From NCBI GenBank assembly GCA_041688925.1, contig JBDNHG010000203.1:1-28311 (forward strand): DNA of 28,311 nucleotides, given 5' to 3'. The DNA is from Acidimicrobiales bacterium. GTDB lineage: Bacteria > Actinomycetota > Acidimicrobiia > Acidimicrobiales > UBA10347. Position numbers and translations under genes: made by a program. The notes below the pieces were generated by a model, which made no database searches, had not been told where the DNA came from, and saw nothing but the letters and a program-made list of their open reading frames with translations. This document shows positions 25,409 through 28,311 of this stretch, piece after piece (position 1 is the stretch's first letter; each line of letters begins with the position of its first letter).

Positions 25409-26228
25409 GGCACTGTTGCGTTGATCGATCGTGTGTCAGTTCGCGGTCGATTGACGGCCACTTATTCGCTGGTTCAGATGACTACGGCGAGTTCGTCAAA
25501 TGCCGCGGCTACCCGCGGATGACTAATGGTGTTGGTGCCAAGTTCGTAGTGGCCTCTTCGAATGTTCTGGATGAACGCGTATGACGACCGAGGCGGTTCG
25601 GTCGCGTTTTAGTCCGCGCATTGGTCGAAGCCGCGCCTTCAGTCGACCGTGATCGCATTCGACGTGGTTGTTGGCATATTGCTCGGTGTTGTGGAACGCA
25701 TCGGGAATTTCTATCTCAATCGCTGTCTCTAGCGTCTGGGCCAGATCGGTGATGACCTCGCCGGGTTTACCGTGGGCGGTCAACGCTGCGCCGAAGAATT
25801 TGCGGGCTGCCTCGATGTTGCGGCGCGACGATACGAATACATCGATGACTTGGCCGTGTTGGTCAACAGCCCGGTAGACGTATCGCCATTTGCCGGGGAC
25901 TTTCACATAGGTTTCGTCAACAAACCAACGGCCACCAACCGAATGGCGACACGGCCTAGCCGCGTCAATCAACAACGGTGTGAAACGTTGTACCCAGCGG
26001 TAGATCGTGACGTGATCGGCTTCGATGCCTCGCTCGGCAAGGAGTTCTTCAACATCGCGGTAGGAGAGGCCGTACCGCAGGTACCAGCGCACCGCCAGCA
26101 AGATCACATCCGGCGGGAACCGGTAACCAGAGAACGCCGAACGACCCACCGGTGAAGTCACTGAACGAGCATCACGCATCGTGACAGCCTCGCTGGCAAC
26201 CGACCGGATCCACAAACGCAACAGTGCC
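25409..26228 (-). mobile_element. IS6 family insertion sequence (820 bp)
   Basis: Perfect 14-bp terminal IRs GGCACTGTTGCGTT at 25409 and inverted ending at 26228 (IS26-like); flanks differ, so no target duplication. Confidence 0.93.
25467..26179 (-). pseudogene. IS6 family DDE transposase, frameshifted near its 3' end (about 25582)
   Basis: RFPPDVILLAVRWYLRYGLSYRD...WFVDETYVK...AVD...ITD...NNHVECDH. The normal tail AFIQNIRRGHYEL is out of frame. Confidence 0.85.
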
Positions 26229-27376
26229 GCGTCAACACCATCGACACCACCATGCGTATGTTCGGCCGCTTCATCGCCGATAACCACCTCGATGCCGCTG
26301 GCGCCGCCGGCATCACCCGAATCCATATCGAAGCGTTCAAACCATGGCTCGCCAATCGGCCTGGCCACAAAGGCAAACCTCAACTGTCGCCGACCACCAT
26401 CGGGATGCGACTCGGCCATCTTCGAGCCTTCTTCGCTCGCATCATTGAATGGGACTACAACGACGCACCACGACGAGTCCCCGTCCTCGCCGGTGACATA
26501 CCCATCAAAGACCGGCCGCTCCCCAAATTCCTCGATGACCCATCTTCAGCCAAACTCATGACCGCAGCACGCAACCTCGCTGACCCCTTCGACCGGCTCT
26601 GTGTTGAGATGCTCGCCCGAACCGGCATGCGACGCGGTGAACTGCTCGGCCTCACCATCGACGCAATCGTTCAGATCGGCTCCGCGTTCTGGCTGCGAAC
26701 CCCAGTTGGCAAACTGCACAACGACCGTTACATCCCCCTGCACCCCAACCTCAAAGACCTCCTCGACGACTGGCTCGCTGACCGGCCCAACACGCTCCGC
26801 AGCGACCTCATGTTCTGTGACCGCGGCCGACCAATCCCTTCAGATCGAGTCGACCGCGCCGTCCGCCGAGCCGCAACAGCAGCCGGCATCGGCCACGTCC
26901 ACCCCCACCAGCTCCGACACACCATTGCCACCCTGCTCTGCACCGGTTTCAACCGCGGCATGAGCATCGAAGCCATCGCAGCGCTTCTCGGCCACAAAAC
27001 GCTCGCCATGACCATGGTCTACGCCCGCATTGCCGACAAGACCGTCGCCGACGAATACTTCGCCGTCACCGAAAAAGTCGAAGCGCTCTACGGTCAGCCC
27101 CATCAACTGCCTGCCCACGACGAAGGCAGCGAAATGCGCAATCTACGCAACGAAATGCACCAACGCATGCTCGGCAACGGCTACTGCGCCCGACCCGTCG
27201 AACTCGACTGCCACTTCGAGTCGATCTGCGAATCATGCACCAACTTCGTCACCACCATCGAATTCAAACCCACCCTCAAACGACAACGCGACGACGCCCA
27301 CCACAAAGGCCAAATCGGCCGCCAAAAGATCTTCGACGGACTACTCAACCGACTCGACGACGACAAAGCAAGCTAA
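26229..27376 (+). pseudogene. Tyrosine recombinase/integrase (large Tn554/RIT-like type), 5'-truncated at the IS6 junction
   Basis: RTGMRRGE, VGKLHNDR, HQLRH, LGH, MVYA catalytic set; C-terminal LGNGYC...C...C..C; the reading frame runs up to the IS6 end. Confidence 0.85.
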
Positions 27377-27387
27377 ACCGCAACCAG

Positions 27388-27462
27388 CACTTGACACCGA
27401 TCACCCATATATCACTTGACACCGATCACCCATATATCACTTGACACCGATCACCCATATAT
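27388..27462. repeat. Three exact 25-bp direct repeats (CACTTGACACCGATCACCCATATAT)
   Basis: Units at 27388, 27413 and 27438 with no spacers, 11 bp after the integrase stop. Confidence 0.97.
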
Positions 27463-27750
27463 GCCGCCGCCCGTTTCAATATCTCATTCTCGGTCTCGAG
27501 CACCCTGGCCCGCCGACGCAGATCGACCAGGCCTGACCCCCGTCATCAATGTCGGCCTGTTTCAACCAGTTGTAGATCGGCGCGTCAGACACACCGAAAT
27601 CCTTCGCCAACTACTGCTCAATCGAAGCATCACCCTTCCGGGCGACCCTAACCACGTCCTCGCGGAACTCTTTCGGATACTGCTTTCCCATGATGTCCAT
27701 CCTTGCCGAGGCCAAAGCCCCAAATCAGGAACATCAACCAAACCGGAACC
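27463..27750 (-). mobile_element. Decayed IS3-family left end and orfA
   Basis: ATG 27691: MGKQYPKEFREDVVRVARK...EQ*LAKDFGVS...YNWLKQADIDDG, then out of frame RVLETENEILKRAAAY ending at the 25-bp repeat. Confidence 0.8.
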
Positions 27751-28311
27751 TGTCAAGGGTTGGTTGCGAGGTTTTCTAGTTTTCTGTTTGGACGGTTGGC
27801 TTGTTGATCCAGGCTTCGACGGGTGGTGTCTTGGCGGCTGGTGGTCGGTGTCGGAATCGTTCGGGGTTGGCTGTGTAGGCGGCGTCAAGGACGGCCTGTC
27901 GGGCGGCGATGATGGGGCTGGTGGTGCCGGCGTGAACATCAGCGGGGTGTAGATACGCAATACCGGAGTGGTAGTGGGTGTGGTTGTACCAGGCGACAAA
28001 CTCGCGCATCCAGGCCCGGGCCTGATCGAGGGTTTCGAACCGGTCGGGGTAGTCGGGCCGGTACTTGGCGGTTTTGAAGTTGGCTTCGGAGTACGGGTTG
28101 TCGTTGCTGGTTCGCGGCCGCGACAGGCTTCGGGTCACGCCGAGGTCTTCGAGGAGCTCAGCGATTGTTGTCGAGGTCATCTGCGCGCCACGATCGGAAT
28201 GCAGCGTCAACTGGTCAGCGTCGATGCCTTCGCGTTTGCAGGCGGTTTCGATGAGCGCTTTGGCGACCTTGTCGGACTCGGCGGTGTCGATCGACCAGCC
28301 CACGATTTTGC
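27751..28311 (-). mobile_element. IS3-family element, right part (OrfB integrase core 27776..>28311; right end TGTCAAGGG at 27751)
   Basis: IVGWS...LTLHSDRGAQM...SRPRTSNDNPYSEANFKTAKY...WYNHTHYHSGI; runs off the window. Confidence 0.9.

Noticed and set aside
27388-27462. CRISPR array or strong promoter in the 25-bp repeats
   Set aside because: No spacers between repeats and no cas genes; TTGACA is not followed by a -10 hexamer at 16-18 bp.

Overview
High-GC window, probably actinobacterial (Acidimicrobiia-like is an inference from gene style), in three parts. (1) 1-10.2 kb is a partly decayed accessory region: interrupted DinB, lipoprotein, a DHFR-like gene fragment joined to a NuoF-hemerythrin fragment, VOC/TetR pair, amidase fragment, CmtR-like ArsR + P1B-ATPase + DUF3703 metal module, HxlR + MDR oxidoreductase + SDR. 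(2) 11.7-25.0 kb is a 16-gene minus-strand gas vesicle operon: gvpA, gvpC-like, gvpN, gvpV-like, hsp20/gvpH, cdc48, gvpF/L-J-domain fusion, gvpF, gvpG, gvpO, gvpJ-Zn ribbon, gvpM-like-PH-PH fusion, gvpK, PH-HTH-Hsp20-like, gvpL, dnaK paralogue. Its most striking property is an apparently dedicated, translationally coupled proteostasis kit (Hsp70 + J-domain + sHsp + Cdc48 + GvpN) and PH/GRAM-like fusions. It is not the usual actinobacterial gvp cluster type. (3) The operon is flanked by mobile-element debris: a Tn3 transposase remnant on the left, and on the right an IS6, a truncated tyrosine recombinase followed by an exact 3x25-bp repeat, and two IS3-family pieces. All family assignments come from motif recognition by eye; no database searches were run.
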